Assembly (NCBI GenBank): GCA_053919585.1
Contig: CM132801.1
Strand: one strand, 5' to 3'
Origin: Euprymna scolopes
Lineage: Eukaryota
Length of the DNA: 64,000 nucleotides
In this document: positions 13,474-25,772 of the stretch, one piece after another
How positions within the stretch are numbered: the first letter of the stretch is position 1
Layout of the letters: each line of letters opens with the position of its first letter
Translations under genes and position numbers: made by a program
Notes under the pieces: model-generated
The model's input: only the letters and a program-made list of their open reading frames with translations
Told to the model about the DNA's origin: nothing
The model's database searches: none

Positions 13474-13536
13474 CTCCACGTTAAAAAACGACCCTGGTGT
13501 CTAACTCTGTCCCGTGGGGAGGCATAGTAAATAGGT
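13474..13536. repeat. Short dispersed repeat (SINE-like fragment)
   Basis: ctccacgttaaaaaacgaccctggtgtctaact..ggggaggcat..taaatagg recurs at 29497-29760 and 34020-34172. Confidence 0.75.
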
Positions 13537-14154
13537 ACTCAATATGATAAAAAAAGCATTAAAATAAAAAAGAAAAACTAGTTACACGGATACTATTTTG
13601 AACAATATTAACAAAACTTTAAAGAAATACATAAAAACTTTCCTTGCACTCAATATGATAACTAAATTTTAGACATATACTGCATTAAACGGAGAAATTT
13701 TCAATGAATATGAAGATTTGAATTTTAATGTTTAATTTGCATATGCTTTTATTATTTTGAGTTTAATCTAAATGAAAATTTGGTTTATTATTCATACGTA
13801 CGTAGTTATTTGCTTGTTATTAGTTGCTACGGGTTTTCACCTTTTAAGGATTTTTTTATTCTTTTAGGTTCTCTAAGATTTTAAAGATTATTTAAAATGT
13901 GTTTTCAGTTGTTTTGTTTTTTAGAGTTTTTAAAAAAAAAAGAAAGATTTTTTTTATTATTGTGTTATTTGAAGTTTTTATATTTAAAAATAAATANNNN
14001 NNNNNNNNNNNNNNNNNNNNNNNNNNNNNNNNNNNNNNNNNNNNNNNNNNNNNNNNNNNNNNNNNNNNNNNNNNNNNNNNNNNNNNNNNNNNNNNNNNNN
14101 NNNNNNNNNNNNNNNNNNNNNNNNNNNNNNNNNNNNNNNNNNNNNNNNNNNNNN

Positions 14155-14167
14155 CTAGATGTCTGGG
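14155..14167 (+). ncRNA. Possible 3' half of a hammerhead (5' part masked)
   Basis: N]ctagat GTC tgggga. ctagatgt would complete the palindrome ACATCTAGATGT, followed by a GUC triplet. Confidence 0.3.
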
Positions 14168-14172
14168 GAGAC

Positions 14173-14736
14173 TTTTTTTTTTTTTTTTTTACATAGGCGT
14201 CACCACTTATCAAGGCCGATAGGCCACTCAAGAATAACGGTTAAAGAGTGTAGAGTAGTCAAAAGGACAATATAGTAATCGATAGTAATGGAAGTTCGGT
14301 AAATTTGTTAACTTAAGTGGAACGGCTCATCAGAAACTTGTTCACGTTGGACTTGAAGACAACCATATTATAGACAGCTGGAAAGCAGGAAAACGGAAGA
14401 CAATTCCACAGGAGTGCAGTTCTAAGAAAGAAGCTTTGATCATGGAATCTATGTTTAGGTTTAGGCACAGATAAAGAGTGGGGAAAATTATTGATAATGT
14501 TTTCAGCTAGTTGAGTGTTTCTTGTGAAAGTTTGGCGAGGGGGGGACCATAGATTGAAGCTCAGTCGAACACTTTCCATGAAAATAACGATAAAGCAGAG
14601 ACAAACTCGCAACATCTCTTCTGTGAGATAGAGGTTGCAGCGAAGAGAAAAGGACATCTTCCACCAGGCCACAAAGTCTATTTTGAACCCTATCAAGGCA
14701 GGACAAGTCTTTTCTAGCAGCTCCTACCCATATATG
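14173..14736 (-). mobile_element. 5'-truncated copy of the 8.6-12.2 kb LINE
   Basis: Poly(T) tail and near identity to 8646-9200. Confidence 0.93.
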
Positions 14737-16140
14737 ACTTATTGTCACTCAGCGTCCAGAGAACACCACAGGTCTTCAATCAGATCGTTTGCTGACTCGT
14801 GTGAAAGCTCCAGGTGAGCCAATAATAATAATAATAATAATAATGATATTTTTATGCATTAGGAGTAGCTAATTCTCTGATTGATATAGCAATTGTGTTA
14901 GTAATTAGATGCCATGTTTCTCATTGATATGGGAAAAATTCTAGCTATTAACAATTATGTAGGTTTTTCTTGATTTCTATATGTGGATTAAATTTGATGG
15001 GATGGTTTGGATAAAAAAATATAAATAAGTCTACTTATTTATGTATTTATTAATAAATTTGTCTTAGATCAGTTTTTTGGTGGACTTCCGCTATTCAACG
15101 AAACATGTGTGACATGTACTTCATTAAAAATAAATAAATTTTGTGAGTGTGAATTAAATAGATATTCGTACNNNNNNNNNNNNNNNNNNNNNNNNNNNNN
15201 NNNNNNNNNNNNNNNNNNNNNNNNNNNNNNNNNNNNNNNNNNNNNNNNNNNNNNNNNNNNNNNNNNNNNNNNNNNNNNNNNNNNNNNNNNNNNNNNNNNN
15301 NNNNNNNNNNNNNNNNNNNNNNNNNNNNNNNNNNNNNNNNNNNNNNNNNNAAAGCTAAAATCTTAATATTATGCTATGTATTGTTTTAACTGTCTTAATC
15401 CTCAACTTTAGAATGCGAGTTACATCACTATTGTATATAATTGTTACTTAATGCCACATGGATGTAACCTTTTTTGTCTGAAAGGGTAGCCTCCTATAAT
15501 TCCGTGTGTTTATGTCTTCAGAGATAGTATCCATGTTTTAGTAAACATATACAATCCTCCAAATTCCAACATTCCGTTATACAGTATCACTACATAATTT
15601 CATCTGTAATTTTCCTCATCAGTTCAATTGAATCCTGAGTTCAATGATTTTCTTTCAACGAAACCTCAAGTAACATATTGTGATCCAATATGCTGCAATT
15701 TTTCTCAAATATCTTCATGTAAATAACGATTTACTTATCGTTTAAGACGTCAAAGATTACTCATTTTACAACGATTTAATCACATGCTTCCAATAACCTT
15801 GACTCTGTAAAATCCACAAAATCAATAAGATTGTGCTTATCAATTCTCCAAATCCTAAATCCTCTTTTTAATTAAATTCTTTGAGTATTGAAATCATTAT
15901 CAGTGACATTAAACTGTTATTCTACAGAAGACTAGGAAATACATTCGGTAGTATTTGGTATGGTATTTGCCCCGGGTGAGCATCTGGTTTCCACTAAAAG
16001 AGGAAGTGCTTAGACAATATCGAATTCACATGCAGCTCCCAGCCACATTTATATCTGTTAGGAAAGATTATAGTTAGCACCTAGTTACGTGGTCACTCAT
16101 CTGATAGTTATCAATCTAAATGCGGCTTAACATTGTGATT

Positions 16141-16145
<5 letters not shown>

Positions 16146-16222
<77 letters not shown>
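16146..16222. repeat. (TA)n microsatellite; others at 21949-22000, 30417-30561, 31324-31406, 36818-36880, 52740-52787, 53722-53776, 56110-56162, 58976-59018
   Basis: Read directly from the sequence. Confidence 0.95.
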
Positions 16223-16225
<3 letters not shown>

Positions 16226-17365
16226 CAATAAAAATATTAAAATAGCGCATTTTGATTTATAACACATTTCACGCATTCAATATTTTGATCAAAGATTTGG
16301 TATTTATTTATTTTTTTTCTATTGAGTGACACAAAATCAGAAAATAGGAAGTGATGCTGCATGCTGTTAAATTAAAGCAGTCTTCATGACACACTTGATG
16401 AACTCAATAAAATTATTCTCATTCTTGCCAAACAAAATTTTTTTTCTCCTCGATAATGCTTCGCATGCTTCCAGTTTTTCTTTTCTATCCTACAGATTTT
16501 CTATCCATGCTTTCTTTGTAAAACCATGGGGAGAATTCGTTTTTGTATTCCATCTTTCTCCCAACCTGTTTTACTCTAGTCTCTGAGTTAGCCATTTATT
16601 ATTATCCATATTCATTTCCTCGTTACTTCAATCCTTGATCTCCTTTCCTCTAATTCTTTCCATCCTAAATGCACTGCTCATATTCAATCTCAACACCCCA
16701 CATTCTATTACTCTTCCCTCTCTTCTACTCATTCTTTAGGAATCTTGCTTTCAATTTTTTCCACATATATTTATCCATTCCTTTTGTTAAACCTTACTTC
16801 TCTCATTTTCTTCCTTTCTTTGCATGTCTTTTCTTTGCATATCCTGTGTATGAACTGCATCCCCAGTCATGAAGTAAACATATAATAAAATAAGTAAACG
16901 AAATATAGACTCTTCCCATATGCTTTATATGTTGTGATTTATATTCTTATATTTGGTTTTCATTTATCCTTTATTCATCTGTAAAACTTATATTCTGAAA
17001 CAATTTCACCTTATTGCTCCTTGACAACACCGAGTTTATTTACTAATATTTTATAAGATACTATTTTGAAAACGTCAGTTTTTTTATTACAAGAGAGGTG
17101 TTGTCTTTCGCTCACATAAAAGTCTGATATTCTCGAATAGCAACCTATCAGATACTGACCAAACTCAATGTGGCTTGTCATGCGTGACTTAATGAGAACC
17201 GTTTTTATAAAAACATTAAGACAAAGAAAATATATTATTTGGAATTATTGTTCTTATTGTTGGTGCCATTCTCACAACGTTTCTGCCGATGTAACCTTAA
17301 AACTTCTGTGGATGCATCTTAGCATATTTATGGTGCAGCAGCTAAAGTGCTAAGCAATAATAAGG

Positions 17366-17720
17366 TTTTTCTTTTTTTTTTCACAAAGGAGCCACCACTT
17401 ATCAAGACCCGGAGGCCACTCGAGGATAAGGGTTAATGGGTATACATTGATACAATGTGATTATAGCTTCGTAAACATAAGTAGTGGAAATTTTGTAAAT
17501 TGGATTACTTAGGGGGACGGTTAATAAAGAACGTGTTTACATTGGACTTGAAGACAATCAAATTGTAGTCAGCTAGAAAGCAGGCAAATGGAAGAGAGTT
17601 CCACAGGCGTGCAGTTCTAAGAAAGAAGCTTTTGTTCATGGAATCTACGTTTAGGTTTAGGAATAGATAAAGAGTGTGGGAGATTATTAATAGTGGTTTT
17701 GACTAGACGAGTGTTTTTTT
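17366..17720 (-). mobile_element. 5'-truncated CR1/L2-group LINE 3' end (related subfamily)
   Basis: Poly(T), ccacttatcaag..ccactcgaggataagggtta 3' UTR, and RT C-terminal homology. Confidence 0.85.
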
Positions 17721-17789
17721 AAGTGACAAGCCATGTGCCTGTACTTATACAGGCAATACTAAAAATATAGTTAAGAATTGCTTAAGACT

Positions 17790-18000
17790 CCATGGTGGAA
17801 TGAGAACAGTCTACCCCCATGCATTAAATAAAGGCTTCAGTTTGAAATTCTGTACAGATTTTCAAGTTCGAGAAGATGCAACTAAAAAAGATCGAAGGTT
17901 ACATCAGCCAAAACGTTGTGCTAATAACATCCAAGATGAGAATAATAATCTGAATAATTCAAATAATAATCATTCCTCATCTCAAAAACTCTAAAACATA
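17790..18000 (+). repeat. Dispersed repeat resembling a Penelope-like element terminus with a decayed HHR; related copies at 17230-17310 (-) and 44475-44625 (-)
   Basis: Shared aaacgttgtg..ataac..ccaagatga..aata..ccgaataat..catctcaaaaactc. The 44.5-kb copy retains CTGAAGA-tgacc-GAAAC. Confidence 0.55.
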
Positions 18001-18783
18001 AAAACAAAATGGTTGCTATATTTTTATATGCCAATTTATGAGATTCATGAGAAATTATAATTTGGATAATAAGTCGTTAATTTTGAAATATAATTGCCAA
18101 GTGGATATTTTTAAAATGTCTGCTAGAATGATATTATTTCAATTGTAGCGAAAAGGTTAAAGAAGGAAAATATTGCGCACATTTTTAACATCAGATTGGT
18201 GATAATTGAACGCATGGTATCCTTAAATTACAAACACAGCAACTGTTGTTATTGACGCAGACGTTGCTACTTCTATTATAGCCATTACTAGAACAGTTAC
18301 TAGAATGATGGCTTGCTGTAGTATAAGTTTCCTAGAGGCACAAGCGGACAATTAGCACTTGGCTCTCGTGTTCTCACTTAACTGGCCAAAATTCTTGACG
18401 TTTCTACAAAAGAAATAAAGGTCAACAACTCTATGTCAGATATCACAAGTTGTTAGAATATAAGTATCACATATGAGTGCATAGAGACACTTATATGTTT
18501 ACAAGTGGATGTAATGTGTCCTCATGTATTGCCTTTTGTTGAGTAAGCACAATTTTCTGATGTAAATAATAGGAAGATCAAATTACTACCTACAATTATT
18601 GCTTTTTTAATGTTTTGCTTTTGTTTTTAATGCTGCCCTTGGTTTTAAAATTAACCAGATTGCAGCGTTTTTAATTACCTGTCCTGATAACCTGTTTTCA
18701 AATCATTATAATTATATACACTTTTTATTAATGCGAATTACAGATTTTGTACATAACATTAGAATTTTCATAACTATATCAGA

Positions 18784-19300
18784 TGAGGGTCATTCAATAA
18801 ATAGGGTGAATTTTTAAAATAAAATATCATATTTCATTATTTTTTTTCAATTAATTTTCTCCATTCTCTAAAATACATTTTCCCCATCGAAGAACATACT
18901 TTTATATTTCTTTAGCATAGACATTTTGGACTGACTTTTGCCATTTGTTCACATTACTATTCACTTATTTATTCAAACTAATGGAAATCAGCCGGAGCTA
19001 ATATATGAACTGTAAGACAGATGGGGCAGCTGTGCACAACCTGACGATTTACACTGTTCTTCTTGCCTTGTATTGTCCAAGATTAAAGTATCCTTCATTT
19101 GTTCTTCCAATTAAAACATTTGTAAACATTTCCTTTGCTTAAATAATTATCCATACATATATAGATATCACAGGTTCTTATGCAAATTAAATATTGATTA
19201 CACTGCTCAGCCCCTAAAAATGTATGTGCTCTTCGAGTCTGAAGAACTCTGCTTGATGTGGTACCATTTTAAATAGTTCCAAAACAAATATTCTTGCGCT
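18784..19300. mobile_element. Old mariner-like remnant
   Basis: Starts with a mariner-type TIR (gagggtcattcaataaatagggtga); the interior is heavily decayed. Confidence 0.4.
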
Positions 19301-19454
19301 ATTCAAAAACATTTCCATCAAAAGAAATGCAAAATGTGATTTTGTCTTTTATACTTTGTAGCATGGCAATTTTTACATTTTACCTTTTTTATGCAATCTC
19401 TAAGATTTTATTCAAGATGAACGTAAATCTTTTACTAAAAACTTTTGTTTTACA

Positions 19455-20010
19455 AACTTATCCTCTCTTATCAAGACCCATATGCCACTCGAGGATAAGG
19501 AGAAGTTAAGACACAGAGGGGATTTATAAGATTGGTTTTGACCGGTAGATACATTGATTATTTGAGAGGACAACTCAACAAGAAGTTGTTTATATTGGAC
19601 TTGAAAATGGCAATGTTATAGTCAACCAAGAAGCTGCCCTACAGCACCATGTTTCTCAAAGGAGCAGTTCTAGGAAAGAAACTCTGTTTGTTCATGGAAG
19701 TTTTGTTTAGTTCTAGGTACACATAGGGAGAAAGGGAATTTATTGACAGTAGTTGTAGCTATACGAGTTTTTGTTGTGAATGTTTTACAGGGGGGGGGGG
19801 CATAGAATGAATCTCAGCAGTCGAACACTTATCACGAAAGTAACGGTAGTAACGACTGTTCTGTGAGAAAGAGACTGCAGAGTGCAGAAGTATATTTTGA
19901 AGCTGGTTTTGTACTCTGCAGGAACGGCTGTTCTAGACGGCACTTCCCCAGATATAGCAACAGTACTCATCTTAAGACTATTTAACTCTTATATAAGTAG
20001 AGGACTGCGC
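19455..20010 (-). mobile_element. Diverged CR1/L2-group LINE 3' fragment
   Basis: ttatcaagaccc..gccactcgaggataagg 3' UTR and degenerate RT C-terminus. Confidence 0.7.
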
Positions 20011-20254
20011 ACAAGAGTAATTTTTACAGACAGATTCAAAATTTAAAACAGTTAATAACAATCCTTTTTGATCCTATCTGTTGAGAAGTCAGCAAAAATC
20101 TCCTTTTTCTATGCTTTCTTTTTCTATTTTTGCTTTACCATTTCTTTCTTTCGTCTGATTTCTCTTTATCTTGCAATAATCTTCCTCGTTTGTGTTGTTA
20201 TCTACGATGTAAGCATATTTATTTTCTTCTAGCTTTTGCATTTTCTCATAACAT

Positions 20255-20256
<2 letters not shown>

Positions 20257-20316
<60 letters not shown>
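20257..20316. repeat. (GA)n microsatellite; also (GT)n 12971-13012, (ATC)n 28500-28545, (CA)n/(GT)n 47180-47309
   Basis: Read directly from the sequence. Confidence 0.95.
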
Positions 20317-20317
<1 letters not shown>

Positions 20318-21813
20318 AAATATATATAAGACGTAAGAAATATTTTTTTATAGCTTAGCATAAAAACGTTATTGTCAAAATGTAGCTAACGGGTCAGGCT
20401 AAACTACGCATTATTGCTCTATTTTATACCTTTAGCCCCAGAATAAAAAAGTGAACATTTTACTAATTAACTATTTTAAAATGCAATGAAAATGTGTTAT
20501 ATTTTTATTTCTAAATAAGTTCATTGTAGAAAACATTTGTAGTAACCATAAAAAATTGACATCACAAAAATGTGCTGATGCCAGTATTTCATTGATTTTA
20601 ATATGTATTCGACATCTCATGACCTGTTGAGTCAATGTTGGTTCATTGTACATTAGTGCATACACTTGTGTCCTTAACCGATGGTGAAAGTAAATAGTCA
20701 TGTTTTAAAAGTAGGTTCAAAAATTAGAGAGTAATGTTACTATCTGTTTTCAACTCAAGTGGAAGTTGTCGGATTTTACAAAAAGGGAGATATTAATTAT
20801 GACAAAAAATGAACTATATTCATGTTATCTAATCAAAACCCTTGTTGCCATGGTGACTGATAAATTAAATGAACGTTTATGCGTCGATGTATTATTTATG
20901 TCATTTATTCATGGCACCCTTTTACTCTGTTGCTACTCCTACCTTTATTAACCTTCTCTCTACCTCAGTTTCCCTCCAACCACACATTCACTCTTTTCAC
21001 CATCTAATTTATTCAGTGTATAAACAAGCAAACAAGATTATAAAATTTTTTAGTATTAAATACATCCATCATATCAAAATTAGAAACAAAGCAACAAATT
21101 TATTATGTGAATATAATGGTTTTACTTTTGCACATGTTTTGGAGAATTCGTCGACCATTTTAGTCTATGTATTGTGAACATTTTTGCTCAAGACCAATGC
21201 AGAGATACATTTGATATGTTAATATATAGAGAGTAAGCTTTCGATTCCAGATTTGTTCTAGGAAATATTTACAATAAATTTATATTCTAATAAATAATTA
21301 TGAAATTGTATTATTTGGATTAATCAGACTACTGTTTTCATCTTGAGTGTTATTCTCATATGGACCTGTGGCATAACGGATAAACTACTAAGTAAAATTC
21401 AGATCTAATGACTCTCTCCTGAGACGGATATCATCTAATACATATGCAAGTGGTAAAATATTAGAAATTTTTAAATTATTTCATAATAAAACCTATAGAA
21501 AATCCCCAAACAAAACAGTTTTGCACCACTTTTATGTCCCCATACGAATATTAAAATCCAAATATAATGACTAGCGAAGACTGTATCAATTAGGCTACCA
21601 TTAACCGCGTGAAATAACGTTGAATTTTAACATTTTAATGTTTAAATGTTCATTTACGTCAGTCAGACAGTGATCTAATCGTTATACGATTATCTATGCA
21701 TAAGAGCTAAATTGACCGACTTTAATTCAACTTAAAGTGCTCAGCGATAAGAAACGAATTTCTTAAAGGGGTTGTCATAATTATTCTTATTGTTTTATTA
21801 TAAGAATTAAATA

Positions 21814-21859
21814 CCTACAGACACAGGTGTTTCATCCTTTCGGGAATCTTCAGTGCAGG
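21814..21859 (-). ncRNA. Complete type I hammerhead ribozyme
   Basis: Minus strand reads CCTGCA CTGAAGA t TCC cgaaa GGA t GAAA CAC ct GT GTC TGTAGG: 6-bp stem I, intact core, GUC cleavage triplet. Confidence 0.85.
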
Positions 21860-21946
21860 GTGTCACAATTAACACCAGTCGAACGCTTCGAACTCCGCAA
21901 CATGAGACATCTGACTCGATTAGCGAAGACCATATCAATTTGGTTA

Positions 21947-22005
<59 letters not shown>

Positions 22006-22531
22006 GGAAAAATGCGCGCATGAAAAGTAATATTCTTAAGATTTTATTAAACCTGGAAAAGTAAAGGACAAGAAATTCAACCTGGAAAAGTAAAGAACAA
22101 GATATTCTAGTAAAGTAAAAAATAAGAATTTTTTAGACTTAAAATATTGCAGCTAAAAATATAATTTGAATATTGATAAATATTTTATTTATTATTTGCA
22201 TATGTTGTTGTTTATTGTTGAGTTAGAAAGGGTGTCAGTCGCTGGATTGAACTTATTTCCCCCCTATTATTTGCATATATTTATGTAGTGAAAATTGTTT
22301 GAATAAAAATTAATTCATTAGTTAGTTAGTAGATGGAATTAATAATTTTATAATTTACATAAAAATTAATAATTTTATTATATCATAATTAGGATCATTT
22401 AATTCATTTTTATGTAAATTATATCTAATATCTTAATATCTTATATAATAATATCTGTAACGTATAGAAAGCTGGATGCAGAACAGAAGACTTTGATAAA
22501 ATGGCCACGTTACAATAATGCATGGAAATTC

Positions 22532-24180
22532 GGTACTTGTGCAGAATTTGAACTAGACGTAACTAACCGTCCGCCCAGCTTTACTTGGAACATAACGTCA
22601 TTTTTTTTTTTTTTTTTTACACAGTGATCACCACTTATCAAGGCCCGAAAGCCACTCAGGGATAAGGGTTATTGCAAGTACATTACGTTAGTGTGGAGAT
22701 TTGATGAATTGTTTAATTAAGGGGGCGGTTTATTAGGAATTTGTTAACGTTGGACTTGAAGACATCCAAGTTTTAGTCCGGTGGGAAGCAGGCAGACGGA
22801 ACAGAGTTCCACAGGCGTGCAGTTCTAAAAAAGAAGCTTTGTTCATGGAATCCGCGTTTTGATTTAGGCACAGATAAAGAGTGGGGGAAATTTTTCACAG
22901 TGGATTCAGCTAGACGGGTGTTTTTCATGAAAGATTGGCGAGGGGGGACCAGAGATTGGAGTTCAGACGAGCACCTGCCATGGAAATAACGATAAAACAA
23001 GGGTAGGCTCGCAACGTCTCTTCTGTGGGAGAGAGGTTGCAGGGTAGAGAAAAGGGCATCCCCCACTAAGCCACAAAGTCTATTTTGTACTCTGTCAAGG
23101 CAGGATAGGCTGTTTTTAGCAACTCCTGCCCAGATATGCGCTCGTGTTTGACTGTAATCTGACGTAAGACGCCGATCAGCCAATCAATGCATGGCAAAGG
23201 AGCAGACGATCTTTGGGGAAAGTATTGGAAAAAAAGATCAATAAATTAAGTAAACAACATACCCCCAAACGGCCGTTCCTTAAAACTTTATACAAGATGA
23301 ATATCTCCACCTTGGATCAACAGTTGCAGACGCCTAAAGGATATCATTTCATATTGCCAAACAAAATCATCAATCATTGTAAAGAAAAATTGCGCGTCTA
23401 TGGCGAGAGGTGTATCATCGCCAAAAGAGGATCCATTAAGGATGGATGTGGCTGGAGGTGTACCAACACGAAATGCCGGCAATTGGCGTCGATAAAAACT
23501 GGCACGTTTTTCCAGCATGCCAAGCTGAAAATCTCCATGTTTTCGAGTTTATCTGGAGACAGAAATTTGGTAATGATCTGTTGGTCTCCATTTCAAACCA
23601 TATATCAGAAAGCTACCCGATTAGCAAAGTTTCTTCCACATCCGCTGTCTCTTCTCACCTCACTTAAAGTCTATCTAATCCTAAAGGAATATCCTGTTTT
23701 AATTTAATTTAATAAATAAATCAATAAAAACGGTTGCCCAGCCACATTCTACAGGAAAAAGTTGTTCGTGAAAAAACAACAAAAAAGGTTTACTTTACAT
23801 TAGTTACAAAAATATAAAACGAAATACACAAACAAAAATTATAATACATGAAAAACACATAGTAAAGTGTTTGTTTTTTTATTTTTATGAAAAAATATGA
23901 AAAACACTTTTTGTCAATTTTATTTGACAAAAAAACATGGGTGAAAAATATGACTTACTTGTTTATTTTTTTCACTTTAAAAATTTGTTACAAAAAATAA
24001 AATATTTATTTATTTATTTTATTTCTGGTGATTTTATTATATTTAAACGTTTTCTTCATTATTTGTCTTGAGTAGCGTTGTTACGCTTTGGTAATCAGCG
24101 AAAGCTGGCGTTGATGTCATATTCCGAGCAAAGCCAAGCGGCTGGTTAGTTACGTCAGGTTCAAATTTTGCACAAGTATC
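22532..24180 (+). mobile_element. Decayed Merlin (IS1016/ISXO2-like) DNA transposon with nested LINE
   Basis: ~70-bp imperfect TIRs (GGTACTTGTGCA.../...TGCACAAGTATC) and a degenerate 8-bp TSD. ORF 23213-23707 contains DGCGWRCTNTKC..SIKTGTFF..KL, typical of Merlin transposase N-termini. Confidence 0.7.
22601..23139 (-). mobile_element. 5'-truncated CR1/L2-group LINE (second subfamily)
   Basis: Poly(T) tail; encodes HIWAG..LSHRRDVASL..RTARLWNS. Confidence 0.92.
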
Positions 24181-24513
24181 GAGCATTCTTGGTCAGAAGA
24201 TGAAAACAGCTGAAGTAACATGTTCAATTAACAGGGGTAAAAAATGATAAGGATGGATTGGAGATAAATAAGGATAAATAAAAATCTGGCAAGAGAGAGT
24301 TAGGAAGTCAATTGCTAAAAGTCGCTAACCGTATGCCAGTATGTAAAAAACATGTAAAACGGAATATGATGATCATCATAATTTTGAATGAAGACTGTTC
24401 CATGAGAAATGGAATATTTGATATTTCATAATCGCCAGAATTATTCCAAATCGATATTAGATCCGAACACCAGTTTGTGAATGTGTCATGAACACAAAGA
24501 CACGTCATTTTAT

Positions 24514-25772
24514 TTGTATATTATTTACATTTAGATATGACATTTATATGTTATTTAGATTTAGATATGACATTTGTATGTTATTTAGATTTAGATATGA
24601 CATTTGTATGTTATTTACATTTAGATATGACATTTGTATGTTATTTAGATTTAGATATGACATTTGTATGTTATTTACATTTAGATATGAAATTTGTATG
24701 TTATTTACATTTAGATATGACATTTATATGTTATTTAGATTTAGATATGACATTTGTATGTTATTTAGATTTAGATATGACATTTGTATGTTATTTACAT
24801 TTAGATATGACATTTATATGTTATTTAGATTTAGATATGACATTTGTATGTTATTTACATTTAGATATGACATTTGTATGTTATTTACATTTAGATATGA
24901 CATTTGTATGTTATTTACATTTAGATATGACATTTGTATGTTATTTACATTTAGATATGACATTTGTATGTTATTTACATTTAGATATGACATTTATATG
25001 TTATTTAGATTTAGATATGACATTTGTATGTTATTTAGATTTAGATATGACATTTGTATGTTATTTACATTTAGATATGACATTTGTATGTTATTTAGAT
25101 TTAGATATGACATTTGTATGTTATTTACATTTAGATATGAAATTTGTATGTTATTTACATTTAGATATGACATTTATATGTTATTTAGATTTAGATATGA
25201 CATTTGTATGTTATTTAGATTTAGATATGACATTTGTATGTTATTTACATTTAGATATGACATTTATATGTTATTTAGATTTAGATATGACATTTGTATG
25301 TTATTTACATTTAGATATGACATTTGTATGTTATTTACATTTAGATATGACATTTGTATGTTATTTACATTTAGATATGACATTTGTATGTTATTTACAT
25401 TTAGATATGACATTTGTATGTTATTTACATTTAGATATGACATTTATATGTTATTTAGATTTAGATATGACATTTGTATGTTATTTAGATTTAGATATGA
25501 CATTTGTATGTTATTTACATTTAGATATGACATTTGTATGTTATTTACATTTAGATATGACATTTGTATGTTATTTACATTTAGATATGACATTTATATG
25601 TTATTTAGATTTAGATATGACATTTGTATGTTATTTACATTTAGATATGACATTTGTATGTTATTTAGATTTAGATATGACATTTGTATATTATTTACAT
25701 TTAGATATGACATTTGTATGTTATTTACATTTAGATATGACATTTGTATGTTATTTACATTTAGATATGACA
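24514..25772 (+). repeat. 30-bp minisatellite, ~42 units
   Basis: Unit catttgtatgttatttacatttagatatga with a few recurring variant positions. Confidence 0.98.

Noticed and set aside
15094-15125. CGAAAC-ATGT-GTG-ACAT-GTA hairpin resembling HHR stem III
   Set aside because: No visible CTGANGA or stem I partner; could only be completed inside the masked block.
24514-25772. CRISPR-like array
   Set aside because: No unique spacers, and the context is eukaryotic.
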